DNA from: Octopus sinensis
Lineage: Eukaryota
Direction of reading: 5' to 3'
Assembly: GCF_006345805.1 (NCBI RefSeq)
Contig: NC_043011.1
Span: forward strand, 18,488,464 to 18,552,463
DNA length: 64,000 bases
The notes under the pieces were generated by a model. It was not told where the DNA came from, ran no database searches, and was given only the letters and a program-made list of their open reading frames with translations. Shown here one piece after another: positions 38,313-52,087 of this stretch (position 1 is the first letter of the stretch; each line of letters starts with the position of its first letter). A program made the translations under genes and the position numbers.

Positions 38313-38984
38313 GTATATGCACACATAAACACTGACTGCCTGCATACATACACATAAACTTATGTATATGAGTATGTATATTTCTCAGATTCTTCTGAAA
38401 TGTTGTTTTCAATGAACCAGCTGGAGCAAATAAGTTCTAGTTCAATTATTCTATAAAGGAAACAGGATTATCTTTAGCGCTTTTCAACATTTAGCAACAA
38501 ATGCATTGGTCCATTGAGGATTTGTTGCTCGAAGTGTGAGGGTGTTGTTTTAAGCTACATTAGTCAAAAATGATAATTCGATAACGCACAGAGAGATATT
38601 TAATATATGACCTAAAATTTCTAATAGGTTTGCGTCTAAATACATTTTCAATAATTCAATCTCTTGGTGGCTGTCATTGTTACTGGACTGTAGAATATAA
38701 TTTATGATTTTTATAGATAGTAGTCACTTTAATAGCGGCTTATATTTAATTTCGATACTGCTTTCCACTAAAGGTTTTACAAAGATGGAAGTTTTATGTT
38801 GATAATCCATAGTTTGCAAAACTAATTAATAAAATGTATGCTTTCTTGCAGTAGAAGTAAGTGGCACGCGTGCAAAGTAAAGAGGGATATAAGAGAGACT
38901 GAGATGAGAGTCGTACACAGTCGTACACAGGATCGTACACAAAGTCGTACACAGTGGCGAAGGGTTACTAACAAACTAGGGCAT

Positions 38985-39106
38985 CAAATTCCGCTGAGGT
39001 CGACTTTGCCTTTCATCCTTTCGGGGTCGACAAATTAAGTACTAGTTAACACTGTCCTTGTTTGCCCCCTCTATGTTTAGCTCTTTCTAGGCAATAAAGA
39101 AATATG
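38985..39106 (+). mobile_element. 5'-truncated Deu/Nin-type SINE with 12-bp TSD
   Basis: GTCGACTTTGCCTTTCATCCTTTCGGGGTCGAC core. TSD AAACTAGGGCAT at 38973-38984 and 39107-39118. Confidence 0.88.
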
Positions 39107-39441
39107 AAACTAGGGCATGGAATCCCCCCACTATCATCTACGAGGTTAATGGAGTTTGCTAGTGTCCCACCCTCCCCTGTTACCCATGGAAATTGGAGTT
39201 TTATAAGGTTTGAAATATGGGGGAGGGGCCTGAAAATGAAAATAGTTACCCCTGCGACACACCCGAGTAACGTACTGTATATTATAACTTTCGAAATCAC
39301 CTTCCATCGATCTCATCCAGGAGGGTCTATTCAAGCCTTCGACTTTAAGAAAAATGTCGTAATTTCTATTAATGTCTGGAAGAAAATTCGATATTCCCGA
39401 ACACTAGAAGCTGATTGAGAGAGTACCAAATTAACTAAATG

Positions 39442-39915
39442 GGATCTTTTCGGTTTGAACGGCAGTTTTTTCTAGCGGTGTCATATGAAATTATCACCCA
39501 TAATTATGACCTTAGTATCGATCTATTGCATTTCAATCTGTTTAAGGGTCAGGGTTAATTAGGATTAGTTAGGGTTAGTTAGTGTTAGGGTTAGTTAGTG
39601 TTAGGGTTTGGGTTAGGGGTGGAGGGAAGGGTACCTTTTTTTCTTCACGAATGTAAATAGACCCAAACTGTTTCTTAAACGAGGGACATATTCATGCTGC
39701 ATAAAATGTTTTTTAACTCAATGGACGTCATTGATTGGTTGAAATTGCAGAAATTGAAGAAAAAAACAGGAAATATCTTACAAACTATAGAATTTTCTGA
39801 ATAAAGCCAGGAGAAAAAGATGTTTTATAAACACATTCTACCAGTATACGAAGTTTAAAATTTTTTAGTTACCCAGAAATTATGTTAAAAACTGCCGTTC
39901 AAACCGAAAAGATCC
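39442..39915. mobile_element. Non-autonomous DNA transposon (MITE), Merlin-like: 29-bp TIRs, 8-bp TSD
   Basis: TIR GGATCTTTTCGGTTTGAACGGCAGTTTTT (39442-39470) and its reverse complement (39887-39915). TSD ACTAAATG at 39434-39441 and 39916-39923. Confidence 0.92.
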
Positions 39916-40832
39916 ACTAAATGCGTATAACAATGTACAACTTCTTTTAGTGATGCAGCTTTTCTGTAGTTACTGACATTGACTTATCCCCTCAAGTATG
40001 TCTTTCTGATTAACAAATCACAATACGAGTGACACTTAAGATTTCATTTGAAGGTTTGAAATCGCACCAAACATAAACGCAACAAATGCTGTTTTCTTTT
40101 TTGTTTGTTTCTTCGATCATTGGCTGAATTACACCTTCATTTGTATGAGCTATACAATTAAATGATTTCGATTTGTACATCACTTTAATATGATATTCGT
40201 TTTCAATATCATTTCAGAGCTGAATAAATGTATTCTCATACTGACAAACCAACAGACACGGGAAACAGAAAAACTCACTCAGACTATTCGTAACACTTTC
40301 AATCAAAATAACGATCACATTCTTGGCTGCCCAATTCGATTTTGATTTTCAGCATAAGCTTTGATTTCTCATTTCCAAGAATGATAGTATTCTTCATATC
40401 TTTTTAAAAGTTGGGGAAAGTACAAAGAAAACTGCACTAATTGACCCTTTTACAATCCTTGGGGTGAACGGAAGCATGAGAAATTCTACTGGGTTATAAT
40501 CTTTTTAGATGAATAGATGATTAGGAGCGAGTTTACTTTCTACGTAACCTTTCTTAAATAACTTGAAAATTTTAAAGCATTGGCATGAACGAAAGCATAA
40601 GTTTACCTTTTAATCACACAGTCACACATACACGCACACGCACGCACACACACATACACACATACACACACACGCACGCACGCAGGCACGCACACACATA
40701 CACAAATTTCGATTTCTTCCTTTCGTTGTATATGTGAAATACTCAAGAAAATTCTGGGGGCCCAAGATTAAATTCAGGTCTTAAGAAGTGATCAAAAATA
40801 CTATATATATTGGTTATTTTTTTTAGAAAGTA

Positions 40833-41041
40833 AGTGCGGGTGTGTGATAAGATGTTTGCTTCCTTCTCATATGTTTCCATGACCAGTCTTCTTCTATAAG
40901 TTTTGAACCAACTAAAACCTTGTAAGTGGACTGCATAGAGGGAAATGAAAAACAGACTATGTATATCTCTATATATATATGTGTGTGTGTGTGCCTATAT
41001 GACTCATATGTGTCTCCTCCATACACCTATATCTATCAATG

Positions 41042-41090
<49 letters not shown>

Positions 41091-41107
41091 ATACATATAC
41101 ATATGTA

Positions 41108-41151
<44 letters not shown>

Positions 41152-41425
41152 TATACATATATATATACATATATATATACGTGTCTCTGTGTTTGCATGT
41201 TTTGTGTCTGTGTTTTTCCTTCACCAACACAGGACAACCAGTGTTGGTTTGTTTACGCCCCTCTAACTTAGCAGTTCAGCACGAGATGCCAAAAGCATAA
41301 GCACCAGGTTTTAAAATGTACTGGTGTTGGGGTGGGAGCATTCATTAGACTAAAAGTTATTTAAGGTGGTGACCCACCATGGCCACAATCTACCGATTGA
41401 AACAAATAGATGATAAAAGATAAAA
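40833..41425 (+). mobile_element. Degenerate SINE with internal (TA)n/(TG)n microsatellite
   Basis: The head GGGTGTGTGATAAGATGTTTGCTTCC resembles 62545-62645. The body resumes after the microsatellite and ends in an (AAAAGAT)-type tail. Confidence 0.55.
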
Positions 41426-41985
41426 TGTGTGCTCTTCGGTATCGTATGATTGTACGAAATATAACAGAAAGCAATAGAACGAAACTGTAAATTGTTTAAA
41501 TATGCATTTCCCGTCTAAATCTGCCCGACTATGGGGAAAGCCTCATAGTCGGACAGACTAAAAAACAGGAAAACGTTGTCAACGTGTCTACTGTCTTAAC
41601 GCAGCTGAAAGACAAAACAGTAACAAGCTTTTCTCTGTCTTTCTCTTCCTTGGCTACTCACTTATCCTTTTTGTTTCCCTTCTGAAAAATAATAGAATGC
41701 AAAGAAAATAATATCACTGCTCTTACGATGACTGACAACATGCAGTAAAAAGTTTGCTGTCCCTTTCCTATGTTTCTGTTGAAAACTTTATACTAAGAAA
41801 TGAACGAATTCAAAATAAAAGTGTGACTACAATGAATCGAAATCAATTATATATTATACAAAAATTATTCATCGTGAAAAAATAGTAAGGTATGCAGTGC
41901 AAGCGGTGCATACATAAACCCTTCGCCCCTGGTAAATACATAGAGACAAGCAGTACATGAATATATATGTACACATATAGAGCAA

Positions 41986-42215
41986 TAATAAATCTCTGAA
42001 CGAGATTTAACCAGTAGTAGCACGATATCATGAAGTATAGTTGCCACCTAAATATGACTGACCCATGTGGGACGATTCCACTGTTATTTATAGTCCCAGG
42101 AAGACATCTCCTTCAGTTGGCCAACGGCACGCTGTCTGTATCAGATGAGCATTTGCGAAGGGAAATATTATTCCCATCTCTAGCCATACGTGATAAAGAC
42201 GGACCCAGGTTTCTG

Positions 42216-42220
<5 letters not shown>
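41986..42220 (-). mobile_element. Family H2 copy truncated within the hammerhead
   Basis: The reverse complement aligns with 30105-30325 (GAAACCTGGGTCCGT...GGAGATGTCTTCCTG...) and with 9362-9430. It ends in (TA)n at 42221. Confidence 0.75.
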
Positions 42221-42288
<68 letters not shown>

Positions 42289-42300
42289 CATACACGCACA

Positions 42301-42508
42301 CACATGATTGCTGAAAAGTCCCTGGCTTTGGTAAAAAGAATATACAAAAGGAGCGTTAATGATTTTATTTTACATGTTCCCTTCACACAGTTATTGTAGC
42401 TGTGCTTCAGCTTTTTCTAAACCCTGTAGAAGAACCCGGAAAGATAGTATTCCAAACAGGTATTTCGTGAGACTCTTAAAACCAGGAACTTTTCAGCACT
42501 CCCTTGTA
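42301..42508. mobile_element. Mariner-derived MITE (~200 bp)
   Basis: Inverted ends TGCTGAAAAGTCCCTGGCTTT and AAAACCAGGAACTTTTCAGCACTCCCTTGTA. Confidence 0.7.
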
Positions 42509-43984
42509 AAACGATTGATAGGCAGTCTTTCATGCAAGTAGTTGGGATATGTGGCAGTCTCTCATCTTCTGAAGGAGAAAGTTTATAGCGTTGTCGTTTT
42601 CTTTTCAACTTATTCCACAAATCGTATCTCCTTTTGATGCTCATTTTCAATGCGTATGTACATATATATTTGTGTGTCTTTAGGCGTGCCTGCTTGAGTG
42701 TGCACGTACGTGCAGGATCAGAGAATTGCATGAAAATATATTTAGAGTATGCACTATTAACTCGGTAGTAGATCAATGTGAATGTGAATTATGCGCATTT
42801 AGTTTATTGTTTGTTTGAGCATCTGCATATATCTGTGCATGCGTTTGACTTTGCTTCAATATACGTATGTGAAAAGTTTTGGGATCAAAATAAGCAATAT
42901 CATTCATCCATTTACAACTCATTAAATCAAACATATTTATTGAAAAGATTCAGCTGGTCCAGGGCTATGATTTATAAGGCAACGTTTAACACATATTACA
43001 CTACCGCAGAATACATACTGCAAAACTTTTCAGGTGTAGCTTCTATTCTGAAGCAAATTTCAAGCCCCTTGCCACGTTTTAAGTAATGCTTTTCTAAACA
43101 GGCGAATTGCCTCTGCAACATATATATATATATAATATATATATATATATATTATATATATATATATATATATGCATAAGCTGTTCTTATTTATAGGAAA
43201 CGGGTAATTTTAAGTACATATGTTTAATATATTTTAGTCACCTAGTATTGACTCCATCTTAATTACATAAAAAAAGTTTCATTGATTATATCTTCTTTTA
43301 TATATGGAGAGTGGAGACACCACATTTTTGTATTTTCATCAGCGAATAGCAATATTCTCACCATGCCGTTCAATATGCAGTAAGATAAACTATATTGTTA
43401 TTTAATATGTATTTGCATCTCTTTTCACACATACAGGTGCACACATATCGCACACAAACACACACGCATATGATGTATGTGTTTGATTGTGTTTGCCTAT
43501 AAAGGATTTTACTTGTGGTGATATAATACGACTTCGGCGTCTGTCCCGTATCCTTCTTTTCACGTACGTTGTCTGTAAACCTGACTCTCAGTCTGTGATT
43601 AAATGTGTGCTCTTTGTAAATGTTTCTGAATGTGCTTTTTTATCCATCATTGTATATGTATTGCACTTGCACTCACAAATTTTGATGTATAACATTCGTG
43701 TGCACGTTTATTAGCTACGTCAATAACACCGTGTCTGGATTTATTTCAGTTTATATACATATTATCATACGATACGAAGCGTCGTGTTTGATGGTCTCAA
43801 TGTCTCAATGCATGTGACTGGGTATTGTGCACAATAACACTGGCCAACAATTTTGTTTCATATGGATACTCGTTTCATGGCAAACGAGTTCTTTGTGTAT
43901 ATTTGCTTTCTCAAAAGCATAATCCAATACACATTAACATAAAGTCATTGAGTTCCCGCCAAATTTTATTTTAGGATATCCGTC

Positions 43985-44345
43985 ACAAGCACAGAAGCCT
44001 AGAGAGGGTAGATCCTGTGTAAATTCTGCATTACACACATCTTCAAGTAGCCGTCGACAATAAACAACAGGTTCTATCATATGGTTTGAAAAAATAGTTG
44101 ACCTCTCCTTTAAGCTGTGGACAAGGTCCACGCTGCTGGTGAAGCTGACTTCCAGAAAGCCCCTTTTTGCTTGTTAGGCATAGCATTATTTGTCTATGAA
44201 GATATCTTTCATGGGAACAAGCAGGAACTAGGTCCACTTCTTTTCCTTCTATTCATACGTTATTTAATAAATTTAGCTCTCTATTTCTGTCGATATTAAG
44301 GTATGATTATTTTGATGTTACACTTTGTCTGACGATATAACAATG
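43985..44345 (+). mobile_element. Highly degenerate CR1/L2-like RT remnant
   Basis: REGRSCV...DFQKA...ELGPLLFLLFI...SDD, the decayed GRSC, DF.KAFD, QGSVLGPLLF and YADD motifs in the right order. Confidence 0.55.
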
Positions 44346-45608
44346 ATTTCACTTAGGCATAGTGATAATTGTAACAGGTTGTATGAAAACACAATGGGCA
44401 TATGCTTCAGATTGTAGTGTTCGGCGCGTACAAATTTAATACTAATCAAGAAACGAAAATAGTACAGGAGGCACATAATGACTGTTATAAGTTTATGGCT
44501 GCTTCTTCACTCGGGGTTTATATATCTGAGGGCCTTGGCTGCAGAAACGCTTTAACCTTGTAGAACAACTTGTTAGAGGAGAAACTTCTTTAAGCTAATG
44601 ACTTTGATTAAGCAATTCCTGTTCCTTTGTCATGTATATACATGTATGTATGATTTTATGTGTGTATGTAGGTATGCTTACTCAGACATATAAGGATACC
44701 AAATAAACGTTTTCATAGCATGTTTCATAATAACGTACAGAGTTGTATGTGAACCTACTCGCACGTCATTTCTTGTGAATATTCTAAATAGCTCTTTTAC
44801 TTTCAATCTTATAAAATTATTGCTGTCTATTTTTTTCTTCGTTGTTGTATTCGCAATATCCTTTTCTTAATGTCCAAAACATATTATGACTGTTATAAGT
44901 ATTATCGTTTAGGCGTATTCAGAAATATAGTAATCGATGCAAATATAATAATTTCGCAGACAAACCCACTAAAATTAAACGAAATGTCTAGAATTTTCCT
45001 TATTATTAAATTTGAATGTCTCTTCCGAATAACCAACAATATATTTAAACATTTGAGAAAACAAAAGATGAGCCATAGGAAATTATATCAACGGATTTAA
45101 TTTCCTTTATTCATAAAGACATGCAATAGACTTTGTCGAATAATATGTTTGTGTTTTGTTGGCCACTCATCTTCAGAAAATAAATACGATGTTTGCCATT
45201 CAATGACATGATAAATTCTCCAACTCTTTATTTTATTTCCTTCGAATGTACATAAATGTTAAAATGGTAATAAAAATGATTAATGAAGGCAATTACAATG
45301 TGGATTTCAATGTTTCTTTTTCTAAAATCTTTAGTTATATTGAAGAATAATGTAGTTTTGGATAGCTTAACGAGAGTACTGACTTAATATTTAAACAGTG
45401 AAAATATGTAACCAGTAATGAAAAAATGGTTAAAGTAACATAATAGCGTTGCGCATCATGTAAAGCAGTAACGTCTACATTTTGGAAAATAAATATATGC
45501 TGTTTGTGTATATGTGAACGTGCATGCGTGCGTATGTACAAATTTGTTCTCTATCATGGCCTGTCTACACACACACAAACACATACACACAAACACACAC
45601 ACAGATAT

Positions 45609-45708
<100 letters not shown>

Positions 45709-48134
45709 TATAGTACTGTTCCCGTACGCTGGGTTCGTGAATATTTTAAATATCATGAAACTTATTCAATCACACACACACAAACACACACACGTATTTA
45801 TCTACATATATCTATCCTTCTATCGGTATATATGTATATATCCATATCTATCTTTCTTTCTATCTGTCTGTTTGTGTGTGTGCCTGTGTGCCTGTCTGTG
45901 TGTGTAATGGCAATCACAATTTTTTGTTTAGAATTTCTTTGAGTTATTCCCGCACCTATGGCTCAAAAGTGAGATGCTCTACTATCCTAAAGTGACTGTT
46001 AGTCATTTGCCAGTTGAGTTTGCCTTAAGATACCGTACCCTTGGGCAGATGTTGCACTGTAGCAATCCTAAAAAGTGACTACGAGACAAGATACGCTTGC
46101 AGTCAATCTGCATCGGCAAAAAACATATAGATATCTGGATGATAGATAGATGAACGTACATGAAATCAGAATCAAAATAACATGAAAATAAAGTAAAACT
46201 CCATAGATGAAACATACTTGAAATCTAAATAAAGATATAAATAAAGTGAGATATAAGAAGAGTCTTAATGCGATGCATTTGGCTATCAAATTCTTATTAG
46301 AATATAATGAAAATAAAATAATTAGATAGACGCGGAAATGCAGTTAGGAGGGAAACAAAGGGTGAGAAGCAAGTGAAGTGATACAATCCGATTGGTCACT
46401 AATATAATCTAACTTTAGAGGCCAGCTTTCCTTTCTTTCGAATCGACATCACATCTACTTACGATAGATGGGTGTCTTCAATTTCGAGTTAAGTTATTAC
46501 CATCCTTTAAAATACTTCATGGAAGCGATAAGAAACGATTAGCTATTGTTCTTGTTAAGCCCTGCACACTTGTATTGGCCTCTATGTCCACATGGTGCCT
46601 ATTCGGGATCGTTTTATATATATACGTATAAACAAACGCAGAAATATACTTATATAGCGCATAATTAAAATCCCATATCATATCTATTTGTATATATACA
46701 TAGTCCCTACACGTGCCTACAATTCTCTTCTCAATTTGCACCCTCTTCTCGTCTCAAATATTCATGGATGCAATACACTTTTAGCTAGTTCTGTAACGCT
46801 CTTCTAAATGAACTAAAAAAAATTGTCTTCGTTTACTTGTCCATTTTACTATAAAATATTTTTAAGTTTTTGTGTTAAGACATAGTTTAACAATAGCAAT
46901 TTACTTAAATTTTACTCCGGATTAATTCTAAATATTTTTTTATGTTTTCGTAGTACAGTATCAATCGTTGCTCACCTTACCTCAAAATGTTTTACAGAAA
47001 TTAGTGGATATAGATTTTGCTTTTTTATCAATCGACTCCAACTACATTTACTGCATTAGGCAGTATTCAAGAACATGCTGTTGCATGTAAACATTCTATA
47101 TTCTGTTTGTGCCTATGGTGTCGAAGTAAGAAATATTTAATTGCATTTCAAGATTTGCACGCATTAATATCATTTTCTTTCAGTTTTCATTTTTTATCAT
47201 TTTCTATACAATCAATATTTCCTTTCCAATATCCTATTTTTAAATATCTTTCATAAGCGCTTCTTAATTCACATATCTTCTAATTATTTTGGTATTTTTG
47301 TCATATTTAATATAAATCTTAGCAATGATATTTTTTCTTCATACATATATTTACTTAATCATGTTCTCAATGCGGGTGTTCCATCTTTCATTTACATGAT
47401 ATTATTATGTAGAAAATCCTCTTTCTTGGTTTCAAACCTATCGAGATATAATTCCTCTTGATATTATTTAAATATCCAGGTGTGTACTTCTATGTTGAAA
47501 TTCTATAGAATTTTCCGCACATCTGAACGAGAAAGCGTAGTGTGTATCTATCAAATTTAGGTAGCTATTTAGTGGCGTGCATAAAGCAATATCTTCTTCC
47601 CAATTACGAGCTTGTCACTGAGAAATATCAGCAGCCAATGGAGCAAAGATGTCTGCAGCCTCATCCCACTGGTTTTAATTTGTGCTTACAGCGTAGAAAG
47701 GATACACTTTTACGTTATTCAAGGGGGCTAATTCTAGCTGAGGACAATTCAAACTTTGACACATCTCGGGAAGAGGGTATATATCACACTTGATTCAAAG
47801 AAGTCTGAGAGCCTTCTACATCTCTTATATATTAAATGTGACTTTCAAAGACCGAAGTATAGAAGGTATTGTGCCAAGCTCGATAGAGCAGTTGTCAACG
47901 ATCCTGTGGTGCTGGTAGAGCGCGGCCTCTCAAGTGGCGTCTGTTGCGCTCTCGGCTACCCAGGAAAATATGTAACCGTAACGATACTTGACCCCCGAGC
48001 TGTTCTGTCCCCACATTCCGGAACAGGTCTCCAATATCTAAAGCATCTCTTCATATCAGTAATTTAGGTAAGGGAGATCGGAAAAATGGATCTATGGCTA
48101 CAGAAAAATGTTTATATATACGTTGTATATATAA

Positions 48135-48645
48135 GATTTCTATGTCAAATTTTGGGTGGTGCATCCTAAATTCTGTCATTTTTCTTGTTTCTCTGTCTAT
48201 TTTGATTAGATATTTTCGTGTCCAGTTAAGGACATTGTAGCAGTAACTTGTAACTGGGACAGCAAGAGTGTTGATACATATTATCTTGTTTTTCGCATTG
48301 AGCTCTGTTTTCAGTATTAATCTAACTTGTCTATAATATTCTTTTTCTTATGTTTTCTTTCATTTGTGTATTTTATCGTATCTAGTTTTATCGTATCTAG
48401 ATTCCTACGTATTTGTATGTCTAATTCTCTTGTTATTGCATTATTTCTTGTGATGTTGCTACTCTCAACTAATTTTCCTAATTTCAATGTTGATTTTGCA
48501 CATTTTTCTAAGTCAAATTTCATGATTATTTCTTTGGTGAATCCATGCACTGTCTGTAGCAATGTTTCCAGCTGTTTATCATTTGTAGTGTACAGTTTTA
48601 AGTCATCCATATATAATCAATGGCTGACTGTTTAGCCGTAACATT
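48135..48645 (-). mobile_element. Degenerate Dong-like RT fragment
   Basis: SH*LYMDDLKLY...KFDLEKCAK...ELNAKNKIICINTLAVPV..Y..NVLNW...RMHHPK. Confidence 0.88.
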
Positions 48646-48687
48646 TGTATCCATATTATTATTATTATTAGTAGTAGTATTATTATT

Positions 48688-49073
48688 GAGTGAGAGAGCA
48701 GTGCATGCCATCAAAGTGACACTGGGGTAAAATATACGAAGCCCAATATACCCATCATGACTACCCGTCTGATAAAGGTACACCAGGCACATGCATCACA
48801 ACCATATGTGCGCGACATGGTGATCTCGTATCAAGATAAACAGCACATGACCTTGCAGGTGGGGCCCAGTTAGAATTTTCTTCAGGTTGAGTAGCCCATC
48901 CCGCTCAAAAGGTCCCTGAATAAGGATTGGTTAAGGATGTTGAAAGAACCACCCATGTTTCCAGAGGTGAATTATTCAAACCCCAAAGAATCCCTCTCAA
49001 CACATGGCTATGATGCTCCCCCACTACTTCTGCTCGTGATCAGAGATGCACATATCGTCAGCCACTAAGGGAC
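48688..49073 (-). mobile_element. ~555-bp element, 5'-truncated copy C
   Basis: Collinear with 6623-7008; ends at CACTAAGGGAC|TATTATT. Confidence 0.88.
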
Positions 49074-49111
<38 letters not shown>

Positions 49112-49225
49112 TATTATTATTATTATTATTATTATTGTTGTTGTTGTTGTTATTGTTGTTGTTGTTTTTGTTGTTGTTGTTATTGTTATCATTATTATTA
49201 TTATCATTATATTATTATTATTATT

Positions 49226-49611
49226 GAGTGAGAGAGTAGTGCATGCCATCAAAATGACACTGGGGTAAAATATACGAAGCCGAATATACCCATCATGACT
49301 ACCCGTCTGATAAGGGTACACCAGGCACATGCATCACAACCATATGTGCGCGACATGGTGATCTCATATCAAGATAAACAGCACATGACCTTGCAGGTGG
49401 GGCCCAGTTAGAATTTTCTTCAGGTTGAGTAGCCCATCCCGCTCAAAAGGTCCCTGAATAAGGGTTGTTTAAGGATGTTGAAAGAACCACCCATGTTTCC
49501 AGAGGTGAATTATTCAAACCCCAAAGAATCCCTCTCAACACATGGCTATGATGCTCCCCCACTACTTCTGCTCGTGATCAGAGATGCACATATCGTCAGC
49601 CACTAAGGGAC
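49226..49611 (-). mobile_element. ~555-bp element, 5'-truncated copy D
   Basis: Same breakpoint as copy C. Confidence 0.88.
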
Positions 49612-49678
<67 letters not shown>

Positions 49679-49786
49679 GTTGTTGTTGTTGTTATTGTTG
49701 TTGTTGTTGTTGTTATTGTTATCATTATTATTATTATCATTATTATTATTATTATTATTATTATCATTATTATTATTATTATTATT

Positions 49787-50337
49787 GAGTGAGAGAGTAG
49801 TGCATGCCATCAAAATGACACTGGGGTAAAATATACGAAGCCGAATATACCCATCATGACTACCCATCTGATAAGGGTACACTAGGCACATGCATCACAA
49901 CCATATGTGCGCGACATGGTGATCTCATATCAAGATAAACAGCACATGACCTTGCAGGTGGGGCCCAGTTAGAATTTTCTTCAGGTTGAGTAGCCCATCC
50001 CGCTCAAAAGGTCCCTGAATAAGGGTTGTTTAAGGATGTTGAAAGAACCACCCATGTTTCCAGAGGTGAATTATTCAAACCCCAAAGAATCCCTCTCAAC
50101 ACATGGCTATGATGCTCACTACTTCTGCTCGTGATCAGAGATGCACATTTCGTCAGCCACTAAGGGACATGCTCAACTGGTTAAGGTCAAACAACTGACA
50201 AGCAAATCTGTGGTATTGAGCAGAATATTTGCTGTAGCCCATCTTTTATACCAAGACAAAACAATGTACATGATAACACTTCAAATCAGTTAAGATCAGA
50301 AGCCATGAGAGCCACTGCCTGGTACTGCATCAGGGCA

Positions 50338-50340
<3 letters not shown>
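49787..50340 (-). mobile_element. ~555-bp element, full-length copy E
   Basis: Collinear with 6623-7180; (TTA)n on both sides. Confidence 0.88.
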
Positions 50341-50409
<69 letters not shown>

Positions 50410-50420
50410 CATTATTATCA

Positions 50421-50840
50421 TTATTTCTTCCTAACAGAGTGTAGGTAAAAATACACCGAAATCTTGTATGGCATTTCTAGTTGCCTTAAGATGTCTTGAA
50501 ATTTCAATGCGATTGAGCCCAACGCTTCCATCACGCCTGATATCACTTTTACTTTAACCTTTCGCATTCCAAATATTCTTGCCATTTCCACTTTCAATTC
50601 GGAATACTTGGTGAGTTTTTCAAACGCTTTACTCACAACATCCATGCCAATTGGTATGACTGCATCAACGATCTAACAAAGTTTGTCTCTTTTATTCAAT
50701 ATGACAACATGCGGCCGACGTGTTCGATTACACGATCCGTCTGGAAACCATAGTTCCAGAGTATTGTTATGTCTCCATCCTCCAGCATAACTTTAATTGG
50801 TGGATGCTCATCCAAGTTCTCTGTTACTTCATATTGGTAT
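50421..50840 (-). mobile_element. Degenerate RLE-type LINE endonuclease remnant (further family)
   Basis: ITILWNYGFQTDRVIEH-RPHVVILNK...IVDAVIP...EKLTKYSELKVEMARIFGMRKVKV...EALG. Confidence 0.82.
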
Positions 50841-50909
50841 TTACGGCATAAGTGCCAATAAGTGCCAATAAAGATACACGCAATTTATTGTGGTGGTGCT
50901 TGTATTCCC

Positions 50910-50976
50910 TTCTTTTTCTTCTTCTTCTTCTTCTTCTTCTTCTTCTTCTTCTTCTTCTTCTTCTTCTTCTTCTTCT

Positions 50977-51007
<31 letters not shown>

Positions 51008-51060
51008 TTATTATTATTATTATCATCATCAACACCATCATCATTATTATTATTATAATT
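50910..51060. repeat. (TTC)n-(TTA)n microsatellite
   Basis: Directly visible. Confidence 0.95.
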
Positions 51061-51689
51061 GCTATTCTTATTATTAATTTATTAATCCTTAGCTACATTG
51101 TTATACATATTTACTCAAATTCGTTCATTATTGTAACTTTTTTAATAATATCTAGTGAAATTTGAATATATTTCTGATGAAGTTACAACTCAAATGTCGT
51201 ATTTTGTCATTTATTGTACAGTTTATATCTTCAAATTATTTGATATAGATTTTAAATATTAATGAGTATGTTCAATCTCATACGTCCTCCTTGTCGCCCT
51301 GCTATATATAAGTGGCATATTGCAAGTGGATTTTTTCTCAACAATACCCTTGTGTTAGCTGGTAATGTCATTGTTATTGCAGATGCTTGATGCTCTCCAA
51401 TCCAATTTCGAGTTTGCTATTATACAATTTGCTTTTACTCGAAAGGAATATTGTTGTTCAAGTCTAATGGTAATTGAATCTCTTTAAGATATCACGAAGC
51501 TTATACTTCATTTGCGTTATGCGTAATTTTACAAACGAGAAAATAACTGCTTGCATCGCATTTCGTCGCTAAATGGATCCCGTTGAATTGCCGCTCTGAA
51601 AATAGTTGCTTTCTTTTCTTTAATTTATGTACTGTAATTACAATTGCATTCGAATAACAGTTCCATGGCTACTTATCGTCTGAATATCG

Positions 51690-51736
<47 letters not shown>

Positions 51737-51839
51737 ATAATATCAAAGGGCAATCAGAAATATTATAAATTTCCATTACCAGTGGCCAGGCGTGTAAAAT
51801 TTTAGTCAATAGACTATATATTATTCATATAAATACAGT

Positions 51840-52087
51840 GTACGTTTAAACACATAAGAGCTATGTAGCATAGGACTCCTTGCACGCTAGAGGGAACAGT
51901 TAAATTCTAAACCACTATTAGGGATAACATTTCCAAGGGAATTAAAATAAAAACAGGAGTTAGATGGTAAATGCTTTATTTTTCATTCCCTTCGAAATTT
52001 TATCCCTAATAGTGGTTTGGAATGTAACTGTTCTCTCTAGCGTGCAAGGAGTTCTATGATGGATGTCTCTTGTGTGTTTAAATGTAC
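51840..52087. repeat. Long imperfect inverted repeat (~112-bp arms, ~23-bp spacer)
   Basis: 51840-51951 is the reverse complement of 51975-52087, e.g. CTCCTTGCACGCTAGAG/CTCTAGCGTGCAAGGAG and AAACCACTATTAGGGATAA/TTATCCCTAATAGTGGTTT. Confidence 0.9.

Noticed and set aside
51174-51200. CTGATGA-AGTT-AC-AACT-CAAA
   Set aside because: It lacks the GAAA box and a supporting stem I.
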